Assembly: GCA_964640775.1 (NCBI GenBank)
Contig: CAZXIT010000002.1
Location: 1-43,207, forward strand
Source: an uncultured Candidatus Saccharibacteria bacterium
GTDB taxonomy: Bacteria > Patescibacteriota > Saccharimonadia > Saccharimonadales > UBA4665
Length of the DNA: 43,207 nt
Direction: 5' to 3'
Shown: piece by piece, positions 27,463 through 36,227 of the stretch
How the letters are laid out: the number at the start of each line of letters is the position of its first letter
How positions within the stretch are numbered: the stretch's first letter is position 1
Made by a program: the position numbers and the translations under genes
The notes under the pieces: generated by a model
The model's database searches: none
Told to the model about the DNA's origin: nothing
The model's input: only the letters and a program-made list of their open reading frames with translations

Positions 27463-28479
27463 AACGCTGCCGTTTTCATAGACAGCGGCGCCTCTTAGCA
27501 CGACACGTGATACTTTGCCGATTACCGGCCGGCCGGCGAAGGGCGTCCAGCCGGCTTTGGTCTGCAGCCCGGCATCACTAAGCCGGTACTCAGCCATGTC
27601 AACTTCAACATGCGTTGTTTCGTCGGTGGCGATATTGAACAGCTTGGCCGCATTAGTGTGCAGCCGATCAACCAGCTGAGCACGGGTCAGTTTGCCTTCG
27701 GCTTCAGCAGTAAGTATGAGCGGCAGGGTCGTCTCCAGGCCGGGAACACCAAACGGCGGTGCAGCACTCTGTTTTTCAGTTTTGGTATGCGGCGCATGAT
27801 CAGATTCTATGACGTCGATGTACTCGAGATTTTGCCACAAAAAATCCTGGTCCGCTTTGGGCTTCAAATACGGCTTCACCAGCCCGAGGCCTCCCAGCTG
27901 TGCGGCGTCCCGGTCCGTCAAAAACAGATGGTGCGGTGTGACGCCGCAGCTGATTGGCAGACCGGCATCTTTGGCCCGGATCACAAATTCCAGTTCGGCA
28001 CGGCTCGAGACATGGCACATATGGGTTGCTTTGCGGGTAGCCTTGAGTGTTTCCCAAACCAGGTCGGAGACATCTTCTTCGGCGTGCAAAAGGATCGGCT
28101 TGCCGCCCGGCCAGGCATTGTAAATATCAAGCAGCTTCGCTTTGTCGATGATGAAATTACCGGTGGTGATGTTAAGATAAATTTTCAAACCCTTGACCTT
28201 GTCAATAACAGCTGGAAATTCAGTAAAATTATCGCCAAGTGTACCGAAGTAAAAACCAATGTCGCTGACGGCTTTGCTTTGAGCACTGGCTATCTTGGCT
28301 TCCAAGCGGGCTAGAGTCGTCGTAGGCTGGGCGTTGTTCGGCATGTCCAGCACCGTCGTGAAGCCGCCGGCCAGCGCTGCCGATGTGCCGGTTAAGAAAT
28401 CTTCTTTGTGTATTTGCCCGGGGTCACGCAGGTGGACATGCGGATCGATAAGCCCCGGCAGGGTGATAGTCTTACTCAT
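27427..28479 (-). CDS. pyrC: dihydroorotase, CAD-like short form
   Basis: Motifs LPGLIDPHVHLRDPG, GLKIYLN (carboxylated-Lys context), LHAEE, MCHVSS, DHAPHT, PGLETTLPLILTA and VVLRGAAVYENG. On the minus strand TATAAT lies 8 nt upstream of the ATG. Confidence 0.88.
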   Translation of the reverse strand: MSKTITLPGLIDPHVHLRDPGQIHKEDFLTGTSAALAGGFTTVLDMPNNAQPTTTLARLEAKIASAQSKAVSDIGFYFGTLGDNFTEFPAVIDKVKGLKIYLNITTGNFIIDKAKLLDIYNAWPGGKPILLHAEEDVSDLVWETLKATRKATHMCHVSSRAELEFVIRAKDAGLPISCGVTPHHLFLTDRDAAQLGGLGLVKPYLKPKADQDFLWQNLEYIDVIESDHAPHTKTEKQSAAPPFGVPGLETTLPLILTAEAEGKLTRAQLVDRLHTNAAKLFNIATDETTHVEVDMAEYRLSDAGLQTKAGWTPFAGRPVIGKVSRVVLRGAAVYENGSVLARPGSGQVID

Positions 28480-28487
28480 TGTCCTTC

Positions 28488-28493
28488 ATTATA
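28488..28493 (-). promoter_or_regulatory. -10 TATAAT, 8 nt upstream of the pyrC ATG
   Basis: The minus strand reads TTGTATAAT, then gaaggaca, then ATG. Confidence 0.45.
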
Positions 28494-28528
28494 CAACGGA
28501 TGACCGGCTTGCGCTGTAACAGGTTATC

Positions 28529-28537
28529 TGGTACATT
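28529..28537 (+). promoter_or_regulatory. extended -10 TGgTACATT, 8 nt upstream of the carA ATG
   Basis: Read directly: TGGTACATT, then caaatgca, then ATG. Confidence 0.45.
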
Positions 28538-28545
28538 CAAATGCA

Positions 28546-29646
28546 ATGCATGAGGTGAAGATCACAGATAGTCTGGCACAGCGCGGAAATCGCTCCGAAA
28601 GGGGCGATTTTCTTATAAAAAAGCCAGCCAAGCTGTATTTAAGCGATGGTACGGCGTTTGCAGGCACCACTCCGGACTGGCAGACGGACGAATACGCCGG
28701 CGAGGTCGTTTTCAATACCGGCATGACTGGCTACATTGAATCACTGACTGACCCGTCGTACGCCAACCAGATTCTGGTGTTTACCTATCCCCTGATTGGC
28801 AACTATGGTGTCCAGCCGGGTGACGCCGAGTCGGATAAAATCCAGGTCAGCGGCGTGGTTGTCAGCGAGGCAGCCGCTAAAGGCAGCCACAGCCAGTCTG
28901 AGAGCTCTTTCCTAGACTGGCTGCAGTCTCAAAATATACCGATATTGACCGGCGTTGACACCCGGGCATTGACCAAGCACCTGCGCAGCCAGGGCACTAT
29001 GCTGGGAGCTATCAGCCCCCACCCGGTGGATATCAAAAAATTACAGCTGTCCCCAAAATTTATTTCGGTCAGCCAGCCGGTCGCCTACAATTCCCAGCAC
29101 GCTAAAAAGATCATCCTGGTTGATTGCGGCGCCAAAGAAAACATTCTGCGCTCGCTGCTCAAACTGCCGGCACAAGTCGTGCGCGTGCCCCGCGGCTATG
29201 ACTACACTGCCGAGGATTACGATGGTGTCGTGCTGTCCAATGGCCCCGGGGATCCGACTGACTACACGGAAACCATTGCGGTTGCCCGCAAGGCCCTGGC
29301 CAAAAACAAACCGGTATTTGGTATCTGCCTGGGCAACCAGATCATGGCCTTAGCGGCTGGCGCCAAAACCTACAAATTGCCGTACGGGCATCGCGGCCAC
29401 AACCAGCCCTGCATGGAAATCGATAGCCAGCGCTGCGTCATCACCAGCCAAAACCACGGCTACGCCATCGACGAAAAATCACTGCCGGGAGACTGGCTCG
29501 TGTCATTCCGCAATCTAAACGACCAGTCCGTAGAAGGCATCAGGCATGCCAGCAAACCATTCTTCTCGGTGCAATTCCACCCCGAAGCCAGCCCCGGCCC
29601 GACTGACACCGCCTGGCTCTTCGAGAAGTTTTGGGAGACCGTATGA
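28546..29646 (+). CDS. carA: carbamoyl-phosphate synthase small (glutaminase) subunit
   Basis: Nucleophile motif GICLGNQIMA, plus HRGHNQP and VQFHPEA. It has an N-terminal extension of about 24 aa relative to typical CarA. TGgTACATT lies 8 nt upstream of the ATG. Confidence 0.92.
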   Translation: MHEVKITDSLAQRGNRSERGDFLIKKPAKLYLSDGTAFAGTTPDWQTDEYAGEVVFNTGMTGYIESLTDPSYANQILVFTYPLIGNYGVQPGDAESDKIQVSGVVVSEAAAKGSHSQSESSFLDWLQSQNIPILTGVDTRALTKHLRSQGTMLGAISPHPVDIKKLQLSPKFISVSQPVAYNSQHAKKIILVDCGAKENILRSLLKLPAQVVRVPRGYDYTAEDYDGVVLSNGPGDPTDYTETIAVARKALAKNKPVFGICLGNQIMALAAGAKTYKLPYGHRGHNQPCMEIDSQRCVITSQNHGYAIDEKSLPGDWLVSFRNLNDQSVEGIRHASKPFFSVQFHPEASPGPTDTAWLFEKFWETV

Positions 29647-32600
29647 AACAGGCAAGGCCCAAAAAAGCCGTCATTTTTGGATCCGGAGGACTGCGCATCG
29701 GCCAGGCCGGCGAGTTTGACTACTCCGGCTCCCAGGCCATTAAGGCCCTCAAAGAAGAAGGCATTTACACCGTCCTGATTAATCCTAATATTGCCACCGT
29801 CCAGACCGACAGCGACATGGCTGACCGGGTCTATTTCCAGCCGCTAGATACAGAAACGGTCACGAAAATCCTAGAGAAAGAAAAGCCCGACATCGTGCTG
29901 CTGGGTTTTGGCGGCCAAACCGCGCTCAACCTCGGCCTGGAGCTCCACGATGCCGGTGTCTTCAAGCGGCTTGGGATCCGCGTGCCCGGTACCTCTGTCC
30001 AGACCATCAAAACCACTGAGGATCGCCAGCTGTTCAAGACTGCCATGGAGGCTATCGGCACCAAGACCGCCCGCAGTGCCGTGGCCTACAACCTGGAAGA
30101 GGTCCTGGCTGCCGCCAAAATTATCGGCTACCCCCTCATGCTGCGCGCCGGCTACAGTCTCGGCGGCCTAGGCTCCGGCCGGGTCGATAACGACAAAGAA
30201 CTGCGGCGCAAGGCCGTCGAAGCTTTCCAAGCGGTGCCGCAATTATTGATCGAGGAGTTCCTGGCCGGCTGGAAAGAGATCGAGTACGAAGTCGTCCGTG
30301 ATGCCAGCGGCAACACTATCACCGTCTGCAATATGGAAAATCTTGACCCTATGGGTATCCATACCGGCGAGAGCATCGTGGTAGCACCATCGCAGACCTT
30401 GACCAACGAAGAATACCACCGTCTGCGGGAGGTCGCCATCCGGACGATTAACCACCTGGAGATCATCGGCGAGTGCAACATTCAGTACGCTCTCAATCCG
30501 GATAATGGCGACTACCGCGTCATTGAGGTCAACGCCCGTCTCAGCCGCAGCAGTGCCCTGGCCTCCAAGGCCACCGGCTACCCCCTGGCTTATGTCGCCA
30601 CCAAGCTTGTCCTGGGCAAGCGCCTGCACGAGCTGACCAACGCCGTGACCGGCACGACTTCGGCCTTTTTTGAGCCGGCGCTCGATTATATCGCCGTCAA
30701 AATGCCGCGCTGGGATCTAGCTAAACTTAAATCCAGCGACCATCGTCTCGGCTCGGAAATGAAAAGCGTCGGCGAGGTCATGGCACTGGGGCGCTCGTTC
30801 CCGGAAGCCCTCCAAAAAGCCATCCGGATGCTCAACATTGGCGCCGACGGGCTGACGACCCACCCTTACCGGTTCAAAGACCCCTATGATGAGATAGCTG
30901 TCGCGACCGATCGCCGGATTTTCGCTATCAACGAGGCTTTCAAACAGGGCGGCAGCGTCGCAAACATTCACCAGCTGTCAGGCATCGACAACTGGTTCCT
31001 GGAGCACTTGCAGGCTATCCACACCTTGGCGTCTACATTGCAGCGACAGCCCCTCGATAAAGCGCTGCTGCTGAGAGCCAAGCAGAGCGGTTTCTCCGAC
31101 CGCACGCTTGCCAGCCTGAAAGGGAAGGCAGAAGCAGCTATTCGCAAGCAGCGCCTCAAACTCGGCATTCAGCCGGTTATTAAACAAATCGATACCCTGG
31201 CTGGTGAATTTGAGGCCTCGACAAACTATCTCTATACCACCTACCACGGCGACCGCCATGATATCCAGCCCTTGGGCGAGCAGGCGGTCATAGTAACCGG
31301 TTCTGGGCCGTATTGTATCGGGTCGTCGGTAGAATTTGACTGGTGTGCCGTCAACACCGCGAAAACGCTCCAGGCCAATGGCTGGCAAACGGTTATCGTC
31401 AACTCCAATCCGGAGACCGTTTCGACCGACTTTGACCGCTCCGACCGGCTTTATTTCGAAGAGTTAACACTGGAGCGTATGCAAGATATCGCCGATTTTG
31501 AGCAGCCGCACGGCATTGTGGTATCTGTGGGCGGCCAAATTGCCAATAATCTAGCGCTGCCGCTAAGCCGCGCCGGCTACCCGATTCTAGGTACGCCGCC
31601 TGACCAGATCGACCGCGCCGAAGACCGCCAAAAATTCTCAGCTATGCTCTCCAAACTCGGTGTTGACCAGCCGGAGTGGGAAGAAGTCAGCACCCTCCAA
31701 AACGCCCAGCGCTTTGCCAAACGAGTCGGCTATCCGGTCATTATTCGTCCGTCATATGTATTGTCCGGCGGCGCCATGAACGTCGTATCCAATGAAAAAG
31801 AACTGGCCTTTTACCTGCTGGAGGCTGCCGAGGTTTCACCTGACCACCCGGTAGTTATTTCGCACTTCATCGCTAACTCCAAGGAGATCGAAATTGACGG
31901 TGTCGCCCAGGACGGACAATTGCAGATTTACGCCATCTCCGAACACATCGAAAATGCCGGCGTCCATTCCGGCGATGCTACCGTTGTCTTTCCGGCGCAG
32001 CGCTTGTATCTGGAGACGGTGCGCAAGGCCAAATTAATCACCAAACAAATCATTCAAAATCTCAACATCACCGGTCCGTTTAACGTCCAATTTATCGCCA
32101 AAGACAACGACCTGAAAGTCATCGAGTGCAACGTCAGGGCCTCCCGGTCTTTTCCCTTTGTGTCAAAAGTGACCGGTCATAATTTTATCGCTATCGCGAC
32201 CGAATCAATCTTAGGCATCAAAAATACCACCGACTATCAGACCCTGGAGTACGATTACGTCGGTGTCAAAAGCCCCCAGTTCTCCTATAACCGCCTGAAA
32301 GGCGCTGACCCGGTAGCGGGCGTAGAGATGGCCTCGACTGGCGAGGTGGCTTGCTTCGGCAGCAATATCCAGGAGGCTTTTTACACGTCTTGGCTGGCTA
32401 CCGAGCAGCATGTCCGGGCTAAAACCCTATTTTTAAGCCTGCCTGATGTTCATAAGCATAAATTTGCCGACGAAACTGCAGCCCTCATCAAGCAGGGCTG
32501 GAAAATATACACTACAGCCGGAACCTACAGCTATTTGAAAGCTAAGGGAGTCGTTACCACCAAACTCCACAAAATCATAGATAAACGCGAGCCAAGCATC

Positions 32601-32879
32601 GAATCGGCCGTAGCCAAACAAAAAATCGGCCTGGTCATTTGCGTCCCGTCGCCAACCGACGATAACACCGACGCCTTTGTTATCCGAAGGCTGGCTATCG
32701 ACAGCCACATACCTCTCGTTACCAACGCCGAAACCGGCCGGCTGCTGCTGCGCTGCCTAGGTGATCACAGCCTCGTCAACCGGCAGCCGAAAGCTTGGCA
32801 GGAGTATGTCCTCCCCGCCAGTGCCCGCGGCCGGCAGCCAGCCAAAGTGGCAACTAAACGAAAGAAGGGGGAATCATGA
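29643..32879 (+). CDS. carB: carbamoyl-phosphate synthase large subunit
   Basis: Duplicated ATP-grasp halves, N-terminal GQAGEFDYSGSQA, and an MGS-like C-domain. ATG 29643 overlaps the carA stop (ATGA). The ORF track opens at 29631. Confidence 0.95.
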   Translation: MKQARPKKAVIFGSGGLRIGQAGEFDYSGSQAIKALKEEGIYTVLINPNIATVQTDSDMADRVYFQPLDTETVTKILEKEKPDIVLLGFGGQTALNLGLELHDAGVFKRLGIRVPGTSVQTIKTTEDRQLFKTAMEAIGTKTARSAVAYNLEEVLAAAKIIGYPLMLRAGYSLGGLGSGRVDNDKELRRKAVEAFQAVPQLLIEEFLAGWKEIEYEVVRDASGNTITVCNMENLDPMGIHTGESIVVAPSQTLTNEEYHRLREVAIRTINHLEIIGECNIQYALNPDNGDYRVIEVNARLSRSSALASKATGYPLAYVATKLVLGKRLHELTNAVTGTTSAFFEPALDYIAVKMPRWDLAKLKSSDHRLGSEMKSVGEVMALGRSFPEALQKAIRMLNIGADGLTTHPYRFKDPYDEIAVATDRRIFAINEAFKQGGSVANIHQLSGIDNWFLEHLQAIHTLASTLQRQPLDKALLLRAKQSGFSDRTLASLKGKAEAAIRKQRLKLGIQPVIKQIDTLAGEFEASTNYLYTTYHGDRHDIQPLGEQAVIVTGSGPYCIGSSVEFDWCAVNTAKTLQANGWQTVIVNSNPETVSTDFDRSDRLYFEELTLERMQDIADFEQPHGIVVSVGGQIANNLALPLSRAGYPILGTPPDQIDRAEDRQKFSAMLSKLGVDQPEWEEVSTLQNAQRFAKRVGYPVIIRPSYVLSGGAMNVVSNEKELAFYLLEAAEVSPDHPVVISHFIANSKEIEIDGVAQDGQLQIYAISEHIENAGVHSGDATVVFPAQRLYLETVRKAKLITKQIIQNLNITGPFNVQFIAKDNDLKVIECNVRASRSFPFVSKVTGHNFIAIATESILGIKNTTDYQTLEYDYVGVKSPQFSYNRLKGADPVAGVEMASTGEVACFGSNIQEAFYTSWLATEQHVRAKTLFLSLPDVHKHKFADETAALIKQGWKIYTTAGTYSYLKAKGVVTTKLHKIIDKREPSIESAVAKQKIGLVICVPSPTDDNTDAFVIRRLAIDSHIPLVTNAETGRLLLRCLGDHSLVNRQPKAWQEYVLPASARGRQPAKVATKRKKGES

Positions 32880-33805
32880 AGCACTTGTTAACAGCCGATG
32901 AGTTTACGACAGAGGAGCTTGGCAAGCTGTTTGAGCGAGCCGACGCGCTGCGCCGGCTATCGTCGGATAAACAGTCACGCAAAGAATTAGCCGGCAGATA
33001 TCCTGATAAACAGGTCTGCAGCCTATTTTATGAACCTTCGACCCGCACCAGAATCAGCTTTGAGACTGCTGCCCTCAAACTTGGCATGGGCGTAGTGAGC
33101 ACCGAGAACGCCGGTGAGTTTTCATCAGCGTCCAAGGGCGAGACCATTACCGATACCATGCGGGTACTCAACGAGTACGATTTCGCGGCTGTCATCATCC
33201 GCCACCCGCAAACCGGGGCTGTTGCCACGGCTGCTAGTGTTAGCCAAGTGCCAATTATTAATGCCGGCGATGGCAAAGGCGACCACCCCTCGCAAAGTTT
33301 GCTCGATATATACACCATCTATCGGCACTTTGGGCGGCTGGACAGCCTGCGAGTAGTCATGGGCGGCGATCTGCTAAATGGCCGGACGGTACGATCACTC
33401 GCCAAGCTCCTAGCCAAATACCCGAACAACCACCTGACGTTCGTGTCGCTGCCGGAACTGCAAATGGCTGATGATATCAAGCAAATATTACGGGACAGCA
33501 AGACTGACTTTGATGAAAGCGATGATATGGAAGCTGCTTTTTCAGAGGCAGATGTCGTCTATTGGACCCGCCTTCAAAAAGAACGCTTAGATTCGACCAG
33601 TGCCTTAGCTGGCGGCGGCTTTACCATCGACAGAGCAGCGCTTGACCGCCTGCCCAAAGAGGCAATCATTATGCACCCGCTGCCCCGAGTCGATGAGATA
33701 GCTCCGGAAGTCGATGATGATCCGCGTGCTCAATACTTTGAACAAGCTGGCAACGGCCTGTACATACGCATGGCCTTGCTCGATCAAATTGCCGGCAGCG
33801 CATAG
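32876..33805 (+). CDS. pyrB: aspartate carbamoyltransferase catalytic subunit
   Basis: Motifs FYEPSTRTRISFE, DHPSQSLLD and HPLPR. ATGA overlap with the carB stop. No pyrI is present. Confidence 0.94.
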   Translation: MKHLLTADEFTTEELGKLFERADALRRLSSDKQSRKELAGRYPDKQVCSLFYEPSTRTRISFETAALKLGMGVVSTENAGEFSSASKGETITDTMRVLNEYDFAAVIIRHPQTGAVATAASVSQVPIINAGDGKGDHPSQSLLDIYTIYRHFGRLDSLRVVMGGDLLNGRTVRSLAKLLAKYPNNHLTFVSLPELQMADDIKQILRDSKTDFDESDDMEAAFSEADVVYWTRLQKERLDSTSALAGGGFTIDRAALDRLPKEAIIMHPLPRVDEIAPEVDDDPRAQYFEQAGNGLYIRMALLDQIAGSA

Positions 33806-33831
33806 ACAGGCTTAACCTTCTAGGGGTGTCA

Positions 33832-33840
33832 TGGTACACT
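33832..33840 (+). promoter_or_regulatory. extended -10 TGgTACACT, 6 nt upstream of the prs ATG
   Basis: Read directly: TGGTACACT, then gtagcc, then ATG. Confidence 0.45.
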
Positions 33841-33846
33841 GTAGCC

Positions 33847-34851
33847 ATGAACCGACCCGTTACCCGGTTAGTTAAAGGCAAGGAAAAAGGCCGCCGCATC
33901 CAGTTGCTCAGCGGTCGGGTGCACCCCGAACTAGCTGCCGAGATTGCCGCTCATTTGCAGGTTGAGCTAGCCGACGTGGAGATTGGTACGTTTGCCAACG
34001 GTGAAGTCAGCCTCCGGATCAATGAGTCGCTGCGCGGCAACGACGTTTTTATTATTCAAGCCCACAGCGGCACTATTAATCGCTCAATAATTGAGCAATT
34101 GTTAATGATCGATGCCGCTAAACGGGCTTCGGCCCGCAGCATTACTGCCGTGTGCCCGTTCCTGGGGTATGCCAGACAGGACCGCAAAGCCGGCGGCCGG
34201 GAACCAATCGGCGCCCGCTTAATTGTTGACCTCTTATCAGTGGCCGGCGCTGACCGGATTATGAGCGTTGACTTGCACTCCGGGCAGACACAGGGCTTTT
34301 TTGACGGCCCGTTTGACCACCTGATCGCCATGCCGCTCTTCAAAAAATATACCCGGCAGCACCTCGGCAGCGACTTCGTATTTGTAGCGCCTGATGCCGG
34401 ACGGGTGAAACTTACCCAGCGCTACAGCAGCTCGCTAGGATCTGGAATGGCCATCATCCACAAGCAGCGCTCCATGACCAAGCACAGCAGTGTTGAAGCT
34501 AAGCATTTGATCGGTGATGTGGCTGGCAAAAATTGCGTTATTGTCGACGACATGATCGATACGGCCGGTACATTCTGCGCCGCCGCTGAACTTCTCAAAG
34601 AAAAAGGCGCCAAGGAAGTCTACGGCTTTGCCACGCACGGTGTCTTTTCCGACCCTGCGCTGGAGCGCCTGGAGCAATCGGCCTTCACCAAAATTGTCAC
34701 CACCAACACCTTGCCAACAGCTATGCGAGCCGCCAAAACCAGTGGCAAGATCGAAACGCTGTCCATCGCTCCGCTCATCGCCGACGCCATTGCCGCTATT
34801 GCCGCCGACGAGTCCGTTTCCGCCCTCTTCGAAGGTGACAACCAAATCTAA
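33847..34851 (+). CDS. prs: ribose-phosphate pyrophosphokinase (PRPP synthetase)
   Basis: Motif DLHSGQTQGFF and PRPP loop VIVDDMIDTAGT. ATG 33847 lies 6 nt after TGgTACACT. The ORF track opens at GTG 33826. Confidence 0.92.
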   Translation: MNRPVTRLVKGKEKGRRIQLLSGRVHPELAAEIAAHLQVELADVEIGTFANGEVSLRINESLRGNDVFIIQAHSGTINRSIIEQLLMIDAAKRASARSITAVCPFLGYARQDRKAGGREPIGARLIVDLLSVAGADRIMSVDLHSGQTQGFFDGPFDHLIAMPLFKKYTRQHLGSDFVFVAPDAGRVKLTQRYSSSLGSGMAIIHKQRSMTKHSSVEAKHLIGDVAGKNCVIVDDMIDTAGTFCAAAELLKEKGAKEVYGFATHGVFSDPALERLEQSAFTKIVTTNTLPTAMRAAKTSGKIETLSIAPLIADAIAAIAADESVSALFEGDNQI

Positions 34852-34894
34852 GGACTTGCTTATTTGGCCGCTGCCACGTATGCTCAACCTTGGC

Positions 34895-36187
34895 ATGAGT
34901 GTAGATGTAATAGTTGGACTGCAAAGGGGAGACGAAGGCAAGGGCCGGTTCGTCGATTTAGTGGCAGGCCAGTATTCGATTATTGCCCGCGGCAACGGCG
35001 GTGCTAACGCTGGCCATACTGTTGTCCCCGAGGGCATGGAAGCTTTTGCCGTGCACCAGATACCTTCCGGTATTGCCCATCCTGACAAACTCAATGTTAT
35101 CGCCGGCGGCGTCTATCTCGATCCGCGGCTGCTGCTTTCCGAGATTGAGAGTGTCCGCGCAGCGGGCATGCAGGTATCGCCCAAAAACTTATTAGTTAGT
35201 GCGTCAGCTCATTTGGTTATGCCGCACCATGTGGGACTTGACGCCCTGCGCGAGAGCGGCGAAAAAGCCCAGGGCAGCACCAAATCCGGTATCGCCTATG
35301 TAGCGGCTGATAAATACTTGCGGCAAGGCTTGCGGCTGGAGGCTATCGACACGCCGAAAGTACTGCTCGAGGCTGCCTATCATGGCCTAGGCCAGCTGAA
35401 CGAGCAGCTGCCTAAGAGCCAGCAAAAATCTTCCGACACGCTAATGGCAATCGCAAAAGACTGGCTCAACACTGCTGAATCCCTCCGCGCGTACATGGCG
35501 GATACAGCTGAGATTATTAATGAAAAATTGCAGGCAGGCGAGCAAGTGCTAGCCGAAGGTGCCAACGCCTATTGGCTCGATATTAATCACGGCATGTACC
35601 CCTTTGTGACTTCTTCCTCAACCACCGTCGCTGGATTGCTAGACGGCTTGGGCGTGTCAGCCAAGCATCTCGGCAAGGTTACCGGTGTCGCTAAGGCGAT
35701 TAAGTCCCACGTTGGAGGCGGTCCGCTGGTTACCCAGATTCCCGACGCACAATTAGAGGCCCGGGTACGCGGCAAGTTTGGCAAAACCGACAGTGAATAC
35801 GGTGCTACTACCCGCCGGCCACGCCGTATCGGCTACCCGGACCTGGCAGAGCTTCGCAATGCCATCCGCGGCAACGGCGTCGATGAGCTAGCCTTGTCGA
35901 AGCTGGACCATGTGCCGCGCTATGGCAAAACAGTGCCAATTGCCACTAGCTATACATTCGAGGGCAGCGAACGCAAAACTGCGCCGGCCTCCGCTGTGGC
36001 ACTGGGCGCCTGCCAGCCCAACTACCAGACATACCCGACCTGGGAGCAGGATATTAGCAGCCTCCGCGACTATACTGAACTGCCAAAAGCCGCCCAAGAT
36101 TTTGTCGAGCTCTTTGAAACCGAGCTCCAAGTGCCGGTCACTAAAATCGGGGTTGGCCCGAATCGGAACCAAGTCATTTACAAGTAG
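34895..36187 (+). CDS. purA: adenylosuccinate synthetase
   Basis: P-loop GLQRGDEGKGRFVD, plus GANAGHTV and GATTRRPRRIGY. The start was trimmed from ORF-track 34628 to ATG 34895, giving 430 aa. ATG 34880 is an alternative. Confidence 0.92.
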   Translation: MSVDVIVGLQRGDEGKGRFVDLVAGQYSIIARGNGGANAGHTVVPEGMEAFAVHQIPSGIAHPDKLNVIAGGVYLDPRLLLSEIESVRAAGMQVSPKNLLVSASAHLVMPHHVGLDALRESGEKAQGSTKSGIAYVAADKYLRQGLRLEAIDTPKVLLEAAYHGLGQLNEQLPKSQQKSSDTLMAIAKDWLNTAESLRAYMADTAEIINEKLQAGEQVLAEGANAYWLDINHGMYPFVTSSSTTVAGLLDGLGVSAKHLGKVTGVAKAIKSHVGGGPLVTQIPDAQLEARVRGKFGKTDSEYGATTRRPRRIGYPDLAELRNAIRGNGVDELALSKLDHVPRYGKTVPIATSYTFEGSERKTAPASAVALGACQPNYQTYPTWEQDISSLRDYTELPKAAQDFVELFETELQVPVTKIGVGPNRNQVIYK

Positions 36188-36212
36188 CGGCGCCCTGAAA
36201 CCGGCCGCCGTT

Positions 36213-36221
36213 TGCTATAGT
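36213..36221 (+). promoter_or_regulatory. extended -10 TGcTATAGT, 6 nt upstream of the zwf ATG
   Basis: Read directly: TGCTATAGT, then gaagac, then ATG. Confidence 0.45.
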
Positions 36222-36227
36222 GAAGAC

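Noticed and set aside
28546-28620. The carA N-terminal extension of about 24 aa (MHEVKITDSLAQRGNRSERGDFLIKK) as a possible mis-called start.
   Set aside because: No in-frame ATG, GTG or TTG with an SD lies near the canonical start, apart from a GTG at codon 4. ATG 28546 fits the leaderless -10 spacing, so I kept the ORF-track start with a caveat.
34628-34894. ORF-track N-terminal extensions of purA (from 34628), zwf (from 35910), the arginase-like gene (from 24575) and pyrF (to 23081).
   Set aside because: The extensions overlap the preceding genes, are Pro/Ser/Arg-rich, and precede the conserved N-terminal motifs. Internal ATGs with a -10 hexamer 6-8 nt upstream give canonical protein lengths.
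34435-35094. Long antisense or alternate-frame ORFs throughout the window. Examples: 34435-35094 minus (219 aa), 27610-28314 plus (234 aa), 3333-3830 minus, 13593-14117 plus and 2799-3314 minus.
   Set aside because: Each lies entirely inside a gene with unmistakable enzyme motifs on the other strand or frame. Their translations are low-complexity and rich in Arg, Ala, Ser and Pro, as expected for shadow ORFs in GC-rich DNA.
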